Shown here piece by piece: positions 39,219 to 48,254 of a stretch of DNA of 64,000 nucleotides. The position numbers and the translations under genes are program-made. The notes beneath the pieces are model-generated. The model did not search any database. It was given only the letters and a program-made list of their open reading frames with translations, and was not told the DNA's origin. Position 1 is the stretch's first letter. Each line of letters begins with the position of its first letter. This stretch comes from Gammaproteobacteria bacterium (lineage in GTDB: Bacteria; Pseudomonadota; Gammaproteobacteria; CBDBNL01; JAAOII01): assembly GCA_965209035.1 (NCBI GenBank), contig OZ242372.1:416001-480000 (forward strand), given 5' to 3'.

Positions 39219-39713
39219 TTACCCGACATCAAGCCAACTCGTAAACAAAAACCCCGGGTCTATGTATATCCCGAGCAAGTAATTGAGTAACAGCCAAAAA
39301 ATGACAATTAAAACGGATGAAACAGCAAGCATCCGCAACCAATGACGCTCTCCCAAGATGTAAAAACCCGCGTTAAGGAACAAGAAGGTGGCAATAAAAA
39401 AACCGAGTAAATTAAAAACAAGAGCGTAAGCGAACATACACAAAAATAACATTCCGGTGGAACGCCAATCCATTTTTTTGAGACGCTTAACAAAAGACGG
39501 ATCCTCATCCGGCAGGACGAGTAATAATAAGGAGGCGACTATGCCGGCCGCACTCAAAGCAATTGGGAAGGTTTGAGCGGTAAAGACTTCCAGGTGAGCA
39601 GAGAATATCCGAATTTGGAAAGCCTGCCAACCGTAAAACAACGACAGGATCAAAAAGAAGAAACCGCCGATGAGTTTTTTGAGACTGGCGGGTTTGGAGT
39701 GATTGACTTGCAT
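39219..39713 (-). CDS. tctB: Tripartite tricarboxylate transporter small permease
   Basis: Four to five transmembrane segments, TFP, LGF..AT..FL; directly upstream of tctA. Confidence 0.85.
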   Translation of the reverse strand: MQVNHSKPASLKKLIGGFFFLILSLFYGWQAFQIRIFSAHLEVFTAQTFPIALSAAGIVASLLLLVLPDEDPSFVKRLKKMDWRSTGMLFLCMFAYALVFNLLGFFIATFLFLNAGFYILGERHWLRMLAVSSVLIVIFWLLLNYLLGIYIDPGFLFTSWLDVG

Positions 39714-39798
39714 TGCCTTTAATTATACTTGATAACTGTCCGAGCAATTAGCCGCATTTAATAAGTTGAATCAACGAAAGGACCCGCAGTGATATGGG

Positions 39799-39926
39799 AG
39801 TTTGGGGATTTGAAGTATCGGGTTTAGTCGGTTTGGGGATTTGAAGTATCGGGTTTGGCCGGTTTCCGATGTTATTTATAGAGGTTATAGTTATAGAGGT
39901 TATTAGAGCTATTTGGGTTATTTGGG
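39799..39926. repeat. Low-complexity tandem repeats 3' of the 5S gene
   Basis: gtttggggatttgaagtatcgggttt twice, ttatagagg repeats and tatttggg twice. Confidence 0.7.
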
Positions 39927-39935
39927 CAAAAAAAA

Positions 39936-40052
39936 TGCTTGACGATGTCCTACTCTCGCATGGAAAAACCACACTACCATCGGCGAAAGACCGTTTCACT
40001 TCTGAGTTCGGAATGGGATCAGGTGGGACCAATCTTCTATTGTCGTCAAGCA
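39936..40052 (-). rRNA. rrf: 5S rRNA (not linked to 23S)
   Basis: tgcttgacgac...cccacctgatcccattccgaactcagaagtgaaac...gccgatggtagtgtgg...catgcgagagtagg..atcgtcaagca, with paired termini. Confidence 0.95.
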
Positions 40053-40226
40053 AGATTTATTATAAGGACATCCGCATCAAATACTACTATTTTGATAAAA
40101 AAGAAGTTATTTTTACTTTTTGATTAATAAACATCCGGGTATGGATGCGATATCGCGGTTCAACACACTGCCGTAAGAAAAAACCAATCTCCCGGCAAGT
40201 TACGAAAAGGTTTTAGGTCTTAAGTA

Positions 40227-41126
40227 TTAGGTCTTTTTTATGCCGATAAACCGGAGAGAATTTTCGGTGGTCTGTTTGGCAAGATGTTCAACAGTCGTGT
40301 TAAGAACAGCGGCCAGGGCGGCAATGATATGCGGCAAGTATGCCGGCTCGTTGCGTGCGCTCCTGTTTTTGAGACTGCGCGGGACCAAGTAAGGGGCGTC
40401 CGTTTCCACCAACAATTTTTCCGGCGGCACAGTCGCCACCAGGTCGCGCAGATGAAGGCCGCGTCTTTCATCACAGAGCCAGCCGGTGATGCCAATATAA
40501 GCCCCCAGTTCCAAATAGGCGGACAATTCGGATGCCCGACCGGTGAAGCAGTGAACGACAAAGCCGGGCAGTTTTTCGGCGTAGGCGGAGAGGATCTCTG
40601 TAAAATCCGTATGTGCATCTCGCTGATGTAAGAATGCGGGCATTTGCAATTCAGCCGCCAATTCCAACTGGGCGATAAACACTTCTCGCTGCAGGTCTCG
40701 CGGCGAGAAGTCACGGGCATAATCCAACCCGGTCTCTCCTATGGCAACACAATCTTGCCGCGCTGCCAGGGCACGCAAAGCGGCGGCATGACCCTGTTGC
40801 CAGGTTTTGGCCGCATGCGGGTGAACGCCGGCCGTGCCGTACAGGCGAGGGAGGAAGTCATCCGCGGTGTGATGCTCTGCGGGACAGTCCGCGGCAGCCG
40901 AATGTGGCTTTTTAAGAGATTTAAGATGGGGGGACCGGAACGAATGGGACCGACAATACTCGTCAATAATTTTTGGAATGCGTGCGCTATCGTCCAGGTC
41001 AACCGCACAAATTAATGCGCCCACGAGACCTTTGGAGATGGCTCGCCGGAGCACCGCATCCCTGTCCCGGGCAAACGCATCGTGTGTAAGATTGAGACAA
41101 CAATCAAAAAATTGAATTTCCGACAT
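40227..41126 (-). CDS. tatD: TatD family DNase
   Basis: GVHPH, AIGETGLDY, LHQRDAH, VVHCFTG, ETDAPYL and RNEP. Confidence 0.93.
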   Translation of the reverse strand: MSEIQFFDCCLNLTHDAFARDRDAVLRRAISKGLVGALICAVDLDDSARIPKIIDEYCRSHSFRSPHLKSLKKPHSAAADCPAEHHTADDFLPRLYGTAGVHPHAAKTWQQGHAAALRALAARQDCVAIGETGLDYARDFSPRDLQREVFIAQLELAAELQMPAFLHQRDAHTDFTEILSAYAEKLPGFVVHCFTGRASELSAYLELGAYIGITGWLCDERRGLHLRDLVATVPPEKLLVETDAPYLVPRSLKNRSARNEPAYLPHIIAALAAVLNTTVEHLAKQTTENSLRFIGIKKT

Positions 41127-41416
41127 ATGGTTTTATTTTTTTATTTTAATGACACGATGACTCGGAAGTTCCGGGGAGGTATGAAAAATAAACCCACTCC
41201 GGAAGTAAAACAACAGATGTCAAGCGGCAGCCGGCGACAATGAACATTGTTTGAACATGGCTCCTCAATTTTTTTAATTCGCTTAGTCAGGCCGTTCAGA
41301 CCGTATTGTCTTTTGTCTTTTTATCCGGGCCGGGTTTGTATGTAGATTTATGCGGCTTTATGTGGCCTTATAGATATTTGGGTCGCGCGCTCTTATTTTT
41401 TAATGTTATTAAATGT

Positions 41417-42208
41417 TTACTTGCGTTTGGATTTGCGCTCGGGTTTGGGTTCGTATTTGTCTATATCATTGATATCCCAATGATTCTCCTTGAAAAACTG
41501 ATTACGCAGATACAGACCGGCCAACAGATGCACCGACTGCACAGTGCCCACCGCTTTGATTATTTTCTGCGTCTCTTCGGTTGCCGATATATTCCTTTCA
41601 ACAAAAGCGTAGATCGCTTCCGCTATTTGATAAAGATCGCCTTGCTCTTCTTGTTCCGGGTTAAGTTTGCTTAGCTCTCTATTCCATTCTTCCCGATGAT
41701 CGTCCACATATTCCATCAGCCCGCTACTTTCCAGTATCGCTTCACCGATGTCGGTCATGTTGAGAGGAGATGCTTTTTGAGAATATAAAGCGCGTTCTTC
41801 TTCAACCGAATCTCTCTTTACTATGTTTCCCAAAACAGTAAGAATTTTTATGGTATCACGATGCATATCTTCTTTTAATTCTGTTTTAACTTCTTTCATC
41901 CCCCCTTTTAACTCTGTTTTAACTTCTTTGATCTCTTCTTTTAATTCTGTTTTAGTCTCTTGTTGGCTGATTTCCAACCGTTTGATACCTTGATATATTG
42001 AAATGAACGCATATTCGCCAATTAAACCGATCACAAGTGATAACAGAAATATCAAAATGATGACAAACCAATTGCTTTCTGCAATTTGCCCGTATGTAAT
42101 CGCTGTGTCGTAAACAGTCAGAGTGGACAAAACGGAAAATACAATAAGCCCCAATGCTGCCGTGAATTTTGCACGACCGCTTAATTTGAGATGCCTCTGT
42201 TTATTCAT
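41417..42208 (-). CDS. Membrane-anchored hendecad-repeat coiled-coil protein, copy A
   Basis: Two N-terminal TM helices; about three 11-residue KEVKTELKxxx repeats; start MNKQ with a purine-rich RBS. Confidence 0.8.
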   Translation of the reverse strand: MNKQRHLKLSGRAKFTAALGLIVFSVLSTLTVYDTAITYGQIAESNWFVIILIFLLSLVIGLIGEYAFISIYQGIKRLEISQQETKTELKEEIKEVKTELKGGMKEVKTELKEDMHRDTIKILTVLGNIVKRDSVEEERALYSQKASPLNMTDIGEAILESSGLMEYVDDHREEWNRELSKLNPEQEEQGDLYQIAEAIYAFVERNISATEETQKIIKAVGTVQSVHLLAGLYLRNQFFKENHWDINDIDKYEPKPERKSKRK

Positions 42209-42348
42209 CGGCAATGACTTCTCCGACTCCTCCCCCTCCCCAAATGAATAAAATAGTAACCTCCCGAATTTGTTATGATGTTTCTCTTTTCAATAAACTG
42301 CATTGCCATAACGATATTTTACCGCAAAATCTTTTAGAAATTTTATCA

Positions 42349-42394
42349 TCTATAATCCCAAACTCAGCGTCCGGAACCTTTCTGAGATTATGCA
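42349..42394 (-). mobile_element. 46-bp mini-element made of fused IS ends
   Basis: tctataatccca (resembles right end tgtataatccca) joined to aactcagcgtccggaacctttctgagattatgca (left end). Confidence 0.75.
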
Positions 42395-42435
42395 TCGCGC
42401 GCTCTTACTTTTTTTAATATTTATTTTTTTTAATG

Positions 42436-43260
42436 CTACTTGCGTTTGGATTTGCGCTCGGGTTTGGGTTCGTATTTGTCTATATCATTGATATCCCAAT
42501 TGTTCTCCTGGAAAAACTGATTACGCAGATACAGACCGGCCAACAGATGCACCGACTGCACAGTGCCCACCGCTTTGATTATTTTCTGCGTCTCTTCGGT
42601 TGCCGATATATTCTTCTCAACAAAAGCGTAGATCGCTTCCGCTATTTGATAAAGATCGACTTGCTCTTCTTGTTCCGGGTTGAGTTTGCTTAGATCTCTA
42701 TTCCATTCTTCCCGATGCTCGTCCACATATTCCATCAGCCCGCTACTTTCCAGTATCGCTTCTCCAATGTCGGTCATGTTGAGAGGAGATGCTTTTTGAG
42801 AATATAAAGCGCGTTGTTCTTCAACCGAATCTCTCTTTGCCATGTTTCCCAAAACAGTGAGAATTTTTACGGTATCACGATGCATATCTTCTCTTAAATC
42901 TGTTTTAACTTCTTTTATCTCCCCTCTTAAATCTGTTTTAACTTCTTTTATCTCCCCTCTTAAATCTATTTTAACTTCTTTCATCTCTTCTTTTAATTCT
43001 GTTTTGAGCTCTTGTTGGCTGATTTCCAACCGTTTGATACCTTGATATATTGAAATGAACGCATATTCACCAATTAAACCGATCACAAGTGATAACAGAA
43101 ATATCAAAATGATGACAAACCAATTGCTTTCTGCAATTTGCCCGTATGTAATCGCTGTGTCGTAAACAGTCAGAGTGGACAAAACGGAAAATACAATAAG
43201 CCCCAATGCTGCCGTGAATTTTGCACGACCGCTTAATTTGAGATGCCTCTGTTTATTCAT
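42436..43260 (-). CDS. Membrane-anchored hendecad-repeat coiled-coil protein, copy B
   Basis: Near-identical paralogue of copy A with one extra 33-bp repeat unit (KEVKTDLRGEI). Confidence 0.8.
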   Translation of the reverse strand: MNKQRHLKLSGRAKFTAALGLIVFSVLSTLTVYDTAITYGQIAESNWFVIILIFLLSLVIGLIGEYAFISIYQGIKRLEISQQELKTELKEEMKEVKIDLRGEIKEVKTDLRGEIKEVKTDLREDMHRDTVKILTVLGNMAKRDSVEEQRALYSQKASPLNMTDIGEAILESSGLMEYVDEHREEWNRDLSKLNPEQEEQVDLYQIAEAIYAFVEKNISATEETQKIIKAVGTVQSVHLLAGLYLRNQFFQENNWDINDIDKYEPKPERKSKRK

Positions 43261-43341
43261 CGGCAATGACTTCTCCGACTCCTCCCCCTCCCCAAATGAA
43301 TAAAACAATACCCTCCCGCATTTATTATGATGTTTCTCTTT

Positions 43342-44430
43342 TCAATAAACTGCATTGCCATAACGATATTTTACCACAAAATCTTTTAGAAATTTTATCA
43401 TTGTATGATCCCACCCATTTCTGGACTTTTGTTGTTTTTGCAAAAACTGGATTGGCGAGAGTTGTTTGAGAGCATAATGGGGACGTTCCAGATTATACCA
43501 AGCCAACCACTCGATGAGTTTGGCGTTGAATGCCGGCATATCCTTAACCAAGAGATGCCGCATATGACAACCGAACTCTTCCCAGAGAGTGCGATTAAAC
43601 CGTTCGCAGTGTGCATTCATTTGCGGTTTCCTTGGATAGGTATACCAGTGGGTGCTGCCGTTTGCGGTCACGACCCGGTGAAAGTCTTTGGCGAACTCAC
43701 TGCCATTATCGGTGAGGACTTTTTCGATCCGAGTGCCGAGTATGTTTTGCATGGCGGTAAAGAGCCGGGCGGAACTGGCCGAAGCAGCGGAGGTGTCGAC
43801 ACTGACCAGTGAGAAGCGGGAAAATAGGTCAATGCCGACATGCCAATAAAAGCGCCGGCCATCGACGATGCGGACGAGCGTATCAAAGGCAACACATTCA
43901 CCTCTCCGGCCCGCAACAAAGCGGGTGTCCTTGCGCTCGCGCGGAGCACCATGCCGCGGGCGTTTCGGCACGGACCGCGATGGTTTGCACCGCATCTTAT
44001 CCGGGTCATCGGCAATGATGCGAGAGAGCGTTGATTGGCTGGGCAGCGGCAGCCCGCGCTGCTGACACCATTCGGGTAACAAGCAGACCAGTTTACCGGC
44101 ACCGATGTTCGGACGCTGTTGTCGCCAAGATCGGATCTTGGTAATCAGTGCCGGTGGCCAGGTGTTGGACCGCTTGGGCTGATACCCATAGTTGTTCGCC
44201 AGTTCATCGACCCCGCCTTCACGGAAACGCCGCTGCCACTCGTAGAATGTAGCACGACTGATCCTGGTATGATCCAACGCGGCCGCGACACCATGTTTGC
44301 GCGCGAACGCCAAGGTGTCCAGTTTTATTTTGGTGGTTTTAGACATGTTTAAATATTGATTTGCTAAAACCACCATTTTATTGAAACCGCGCACGCGATA
44401 ACCAATGTAGCGTAAACGTGTCCCTCTCAT
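43342..44430 (-). CDS. IS481-family DDE transposase (reads out through the element end)
   Basis: HTH (ISRATFYEWQRRF) and integrase core AFDT...LTDNGSEF...HCERFNRT, WYN.ERPH..L; the stop codon lies about 60 bp outside the element. Confidence 0.93.
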   Translation of the reverse strand: MRGTRLRYIGYRVRGFNKMVVLANQYLNMSKTTKIKLDTLAFARKHGVAAALDHTRISRATFYEWQRRFREGGVDELANNYGYQPKRSNTWPPALITKIRSWRQQRPNIGAGKLVCLLPEWCQQRGLPLPSQSTLSRIIADDPDKMRCKPSRSVPKRPRHGAPRERKDTRFVAGRRGECVAFDTLVRIVDGRRFYWHVGIDLFSRFSLVSVDTSAASASSARLFTAMQNILGTRIEKVLTDNGSEFAKDFHRVVTANGSTHWYTYPRKPQMNAHCERFNRTLWEEFGCHMRHLLVKDMPAFNAKLIEWLAWYNLERPHYALKQLSPIQFLQKQQKSRNGWDHTMIKFLKDFVVKYRYGNAVY

Positions 44431-44700
44431 TTCCAATGTGCAGTCCGGCTGCCCTCACAAACCGTACCGTCTCGCCAGCGGATACACCTAGACAGTTTTA
44501 TCAACAACAAGCCTCCGCTGTCTGCGGCGGTGAGAGCAAAACAGCTATCCGTCCTTCTTGCCCGTTTCATTCATCTAGCTCCACATACCGAAGGCCCGTT
44601 GCCGGATCTATTTTCGACCCGTCCGACAGAACCTCCGGCCGCTTGATCTGAGGACGCACAATGCCGAACTCAGAGTCCAGAACCTTTATGAGATCATGCA
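43402..44700 (-). mobile_element. IS481-family insertion sequence, 1299 bp, ATCAT target-site duplication
   Basis: Imperfect terminal inverted repeats TGYATGATCYCA...TTCTGGACT; ATCAT at 43397-43401 and 44701-44705; the empty site is visible at 42345-42360. Confidence 0.93.
44427..44570 (-). CDS. IS leader ORF2 (47 aa), ATGA-coupled to ORF1 and to the transposase
   Basis: MKRARRTDSCFALTAADSGGLLLIKLSRCIRWRDGTVCEGSRTAHWK*; its TGA overlaps the transposase ATG at 44430. Confidence 0.4.
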   Translation of the reverse strand: MKRARRTDSCFALTAADSGGLLLIKLSRCIRWRDGTVCEGSRTAHWK

Positions 44701-44701
44701 A
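44567..44701 (-). CDS. IS leader ORF1 (44 aa), open from the element terminus
   Basis: (L/M)HDLIKVLDSEFGIVRPQIKRPEVLSDGSKIDPATGLRYVELDE*; the same frame is intact in the MITE at 9554-9688. Confidence 0.4.
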   Translation of the reverse strand: MHDLIKVLDSEFGIVRPQIKRPEVLSDGSKIDPATGLRYVELDE

Positions 44702-44704
44702 TCA

Positions 44705-44750
44705 TCTATAATCCCAAACTCAGCGTCCGGAACCTTTATGAGACTATGCA
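44705..44750 (-). mobile_element. 46-bp mini-element (second copy) abutting the IS
   Basis: tctataatcccaaactcagcgtccggaacctttatgagactatgca. Confidence 0.75.
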
Positions 44751-44835
44751 CTTGGCGTAAACAAAAAACTTAAAATATTGACAAGATGATACAGACATTG
44801 CCGCCCTTTATTTTTTTCCTATAAAATATCCAAGT

Positions 44836-45435
44836 ATGAACAGAAAAAATCTTGCGCGCACCGCACGCATATCTCGGAAAACTGCGGAAACCGAGATCCT
44901 TCTAAAACTGAATGCGGACGGCAGCGGCGAAACGCAGTTTGCCACAGGCATCCCTTTTTTGGAGCATCTGCTGCACCAACTGGCAAGGCATGGTGGCTTG
45001 GATTTGGAGATTTCTTGCAAGGGAGATTTGGAGATAGACGCGCATCACAGCACGGAAGACATAGGTATTGTGATGGGGCAGGCACTGGCACAGATTCTCA
45101 CCGACAAGACGGGTATTACCCGATACGGCTATGCTTATGCTCCTCTTGACGAGGCATTGTCGCGTGCGGTGGCGGACCTGTCCGGCCGGCCGGGCTTATT
45201 TTTACGCGTTGATTGGACGGCGGAGCGCATCGGAGTTTTCGACACCCAACTGGTACGAGAATTCTTTCAGGGAATGGTCAATCATGCCGGGATCACCTTA
45301 CATCTGGATTGCTTGACCGGTATTAACTGCCATCACCAAGCGGAAAGTCTTTTCAAGGCATTTGCTCTGGCATTGAAGCAGGCACTGCACCGCGGCGATG
45401 GGAAAGACATCCCATCCACAAAAGGGGTTCTTTAA
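44836..45435 (+). CDS. hisB: Imidazoleglycerol-phosphate dehydratase
   Basis: IDAHHSTED, PLDEAL, NCHHQAESLFKA and PSTKG. Confidence 0.95.
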   Translation: MNRKNLARTARISRKTAETEILLKLNADGSGETQFATGIPFLEHLLHQLARHGGLDLEISCKGDLEIDAHHSTEDIGIVMGQALAQILTDKTGITRYGYAYAPLDEALSRAVADLSGRPGLFLRVDWTAERIGVFDTQLVREFFQGMVNHAGITLHLDCLTGINCHHQAESLFKAFALALKQALHRGDGKDIPSTKGVL

Positions 45436-45478
45436 GCAACCCAACGAGCAACTTAAAGAACTACCAACAACCGGACAA

Positions 45479-46276
45479 ATGGCATTTTTGGAAATTCGTA
45501 ACCTGACTTTTCGTCGCGGCGAGCGCAATATTTTTGACGACGCAAATCTTGAGATTCCGCGCGGTAAGATCATCGGTATTATGGGACCCAGCGGCTCGGG
45601 CAAGACGACCTTGCTGCGCCTCATAGGCGGGCAACTGAAACCGCACGGCGGCGAGATTATTCTGGACGGCAAGAATGTGCACAAACTACAACGCAACGAA
45701 CTGTTTGCCTTTCGCCGCAACATTGGTTTGTTGTTTCAGAGCGGCGCCCTCTTCACGGATTTGAATGTGTTTCAAAATGTCGCGTTTCCGCTGCGGCTGC
45801 ATACCAAACTGCCAAAGGATATGATCCGCGATATTGTGATGCTGAAATTGGAATGTGTGGGATTACGCGGCAGTCATCAATTAATGCCGAGCGAACTGTC
45901 CGGCGGGATGACACGACGAGTGGCTTTGGCAAGGGCCATCGCCCTGGACCCGCAACTTCTGATGTATGACGAGCCGTTTGCCGGGCAGGATCCGATTGGA
46001 GTGGGCGTTCTTCTTGCTTTGATAAAAACATTGAACACCAACACCGGCTCAACCTCGTTGGTCGTTTCGCATGATATGCATGAAACTTTAAGTATTGCCG
46101 ATTATGTTTTTGTTCTCGCCGATGGTAAGGTCATCGGCAGAGGAGACCCGGAGAGCCTCTTAAAAGATAAATCACCCTTTGTTCGCCAATTCATGCACGG
46201 CAAGAAAGACGGCCCGGTTGCGTTTCATTACCCGGCTCCGCCGCTTCGCCGGGAACTCGGGCTGGCACCGGAATAA
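45479..46276 (+). CDS. mlaF: Lipid asymmetry ABC transporter ATPase
   Basis: GPSGSGKT, LFQSGALF, LSGGM, YDEPFAGQDP and GPVAFHYPA. Confidence 0.93.
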   Translation: MAFLEIRNLTFRRGERNIFDDANLEIPRGKIIGIMGPSGSGKTTLLRLIGGQLKPHGGEIILDGKNVHKLQRNELFAFRRNIGLLFQSGALFTDLNVFQNVAFPLRLHTKLPKDMIRDIVMLKLECVGLRGSHQLMPSELSGGMTRRVALARAIALDPQLLMYDEPFAGQDPIGVGVLLALIKTLNTNTGSTSLVVSHDMHETLSIADYVFVLADGKVIGRGDPESLLKDKSPFVRQFMHGKKDGPVAFHYPAPPLRRELGLAPE

Positions 46277-46293
46277 GAAACCGCGATTTTACT

Positions 46294-47097
46294 TTGCGCA
46301 AAAATACCAATTTTTTCGTTCGCAGCTTGACACGCCTGGGAGCCTATGGCATTTCGTATGTCGCCGCTTGCGGCAGGTCCGGTCTCATTCTGTTTTTTGC
46401 ATTATTTGTTTTACCGCAAAGAAAAGCGGCTTATCATCTGTTCATACGAGAAATCTATAAAATGGGTGTTCTTTCCCTGTCCATTATTATCGTTTCCGGC
46501 ACATTCATAGGGATGGTTTTGGCATTACAGGGCTACACGATTCTCAGCGATTTTGGCAGCGAATCGGCGGTGGGTCAGTTAATCTCCCTGTCGCTCTTGC
46601 GCGAACTGGGTCCCGTGGTGACCGCGTTGTTATTTGCCGGCAGGGCCGGTTCGGCTGTGACCGCCGAGATTTCGTTAATGAATACGACCGAGCAGCTATC
46701 CGGTATGGAGATGATGGGAGTTGATCCGCTGCGACATGTGGTCGCCCCGCGATTATGGGCGGGCTTTGTTTCCTTGCCTTTGCTCACCCTTGTGTTTAAC
46801 CTGGTTGGCATCTGGGCGGGCGCCTATGTCACCGTGGAATGGCTCGGGGTTTACAGCGGCTCCTACTGGGGGAACATGCAAGCGGCCGTAGATTTTAATA
46901 ATGATGTACTAAACGGGGTCATCAAGTCTTTGGTGTTTGCTTTTGTGGTAACCTGGATTGCGGTGTTTCAGGGCTATAATTCGGCTCCGACTGCGGAGGG
47001 TGTGGGAAGTTCCACGACCAAGACCGTTGTGTATTCGTCTTTGGCGATCTTGGGATTGGATTTGATCCTGACCGCCGTGATGTTTGGAGATTTTTAA
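46294..47097 (+). CDS. mlaE: Lipid asymmetry ABC transporter permease
   Basis: LLRELGPVVTALLFAGRAGSA.TAEI. Confidence 0.94.
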   Translation: MRKNTNFFVRSLTRLGAYGISYVAACGRSGLILFFALFVLPQRKAAYHLFIREIYKMGVLSLSIIIVSGTFIGMVLALQGYTILSDFGSESAVGQLISLSLLRELGPVVTALLFAGRAGSAVTAEISLMNTTEQLSGMEMMGVDPLRHVVAPRLWAGFVSLPLLTLVFNLVGIWAGAYVTVEWLGVYSGSYWGNMQAAVDFNNDVLNGVIKSLVFAFVVTWIAVFQGYNSAPTAEGVGSSTTKTVVYSSLAILGLDLILTAVMFGDF

Positions 47098-47133
47098 ACT
47101 CGGTTACTGACAACTTATATAAAATAAAAAATC

Positions 47134-47598
47134 ATGGAAAGAAACTACAAATTGGAACTCATCGTTGGCGTGTTTTTGATATGCGGCATCCTGGCTCTGG
47201 CTGCGCTTGCAATTCAGGCCAGCGGTCTCAGCGTTAAAAATTACGCCGGCAACTATTACTATCTTTATGCTCGTTTTGACAATATCTCCGGCCTGACCAA
47301 TCGTGCCAAGGTCACCATGGCGGGTGTCAATATCGGTAAGGTGGACAGCATTACATTGGATAAGGAATATGAGTCGGCTCTGGTGCGAGTACGCATTAAC
47401 GAGGATGTCAATTTTCTGACGACCGATACTTCGGCTGTCATTCTCACATCCGGCTTGCTGGGAGAACGATATATTGAACTTACTTCGGGGGCGGACGAGG
47501 AGATCCTACAAGACGGCGATTTCTTGGAACTGACGCAATCGGCACTTGTTCTCGAAAACTTGATTGGCAGATTTTTATTTCAGAAAGGACAAGAATGA
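47134..47598 (+). CDS. mlaD: MCE-domain protein
   Basis: FDNISGL...V..AGV.IG.V, TSGLLGE.YI and TQSALVLE.LI. Confidence 0.94.
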   Translation: MERNYKLELIVGVFLICGILALAALAIQASGLSVKNYAGNYYYLYARFDNISGLTNRAKVTMAGVNIGKVDSITLDKEYESALVRVRINEDVNFLTTDTSAVILTSGLLGERYIELTSGADEEILQDGDFLELTQSALVLENLIGRFLFQKGQE

Positions 47599-48242
47599 AG
47601 GCCATCTCAAAAATGTTACCGCACTGTCGTTTAATCGCCCTGCTCTTTCTCATCGGTCTGCCCGCGCCGGGAAATGCGACCGAAGAACCGGAATCTGTGA
47701 TTCAAAAAGCGGCAACAGACCTGATAGAAATTTTTAAGACACAGCCGATTACGGGCGGCAAAGAGCAGATTAAGCAAATCGTGGACGAGGTTCTTTCGCC
47801 GGTCATTGATTTTCGCCGCATCGCCTACCGCAGTATGGGGAAATACTACAAGAGAGCAAGTCCGCAGCAATTTTTGGCATTCACCGAAGCGGTTCAGATT
47901 AGTTTGATCAACACCTACAGCGGACCTCTTTTGGAAAGTGATGCCCAAGAATTGGCAAAAAAACTGTCGGTAGAAATTTATAGGTCAAAAACGATAGAAG
48001 GCCGAAGCCGGCGCAAGATTGTTTCTACTTGGCTCAAGGTCGGTTCCACGGAAAAATACGATGTGGTTTACTATATGTACCTGAACACCAAAAAAGAACT
48101 TTGGTTGGTGGAAAATGTGAGTGTGGAAGGAATAGACATCGGGATTAACTTTCGCAATCAATATCAACGCCTAATCAGTGAAAATCGGGGAGATCTGGAT
48201 AAGGTAACTGAGATCTGGGCAAAATCCAAAATAGAAGGGTAA
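47595..48242 (+). CDS. mlaC: Periplasmic phospholipid-binding protein
   Basis: Signal peptide, IDF..IA...MG.YY, W.V.NV.VEGI; operon position. Confidence 0.88.
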   Translation: MKAISKMLPHCRLIALLFLIGLPAPGNATEEPESVIQKAATDLIEIFKTQPITGGKEQIKQIVDEVLSPVIDFRRIAYRSMGKYYKRASPQQFLAFTEAVQISLINTYSGPLLESDAQELAKKLSVEIYRSKTIEGRSRRKIVSTWLKVGSTEKYDVVYYMYLNTKKELWLVENVSVEGIDIGINFRNQYQRLISENRGDLDKVTEIWAKSKIEG

Positions 48243-48254
48243 GAAATACATAGT

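Larger units (their letters stand above)
41383..42394. repeat. Tandem duplication unit A (~1.0 kb)
   Basis: Starts tcgcgcgctctta and ends at the TGCA of the mini-element. Unit B is 42395-44750, interrupted by the IS. Confidence 0.9.

Noticed and set aside
39748-40127. ORFs overlapping the 5S gene
   Set aside because: Spurious translations of rRNA and low-complexity repeats.
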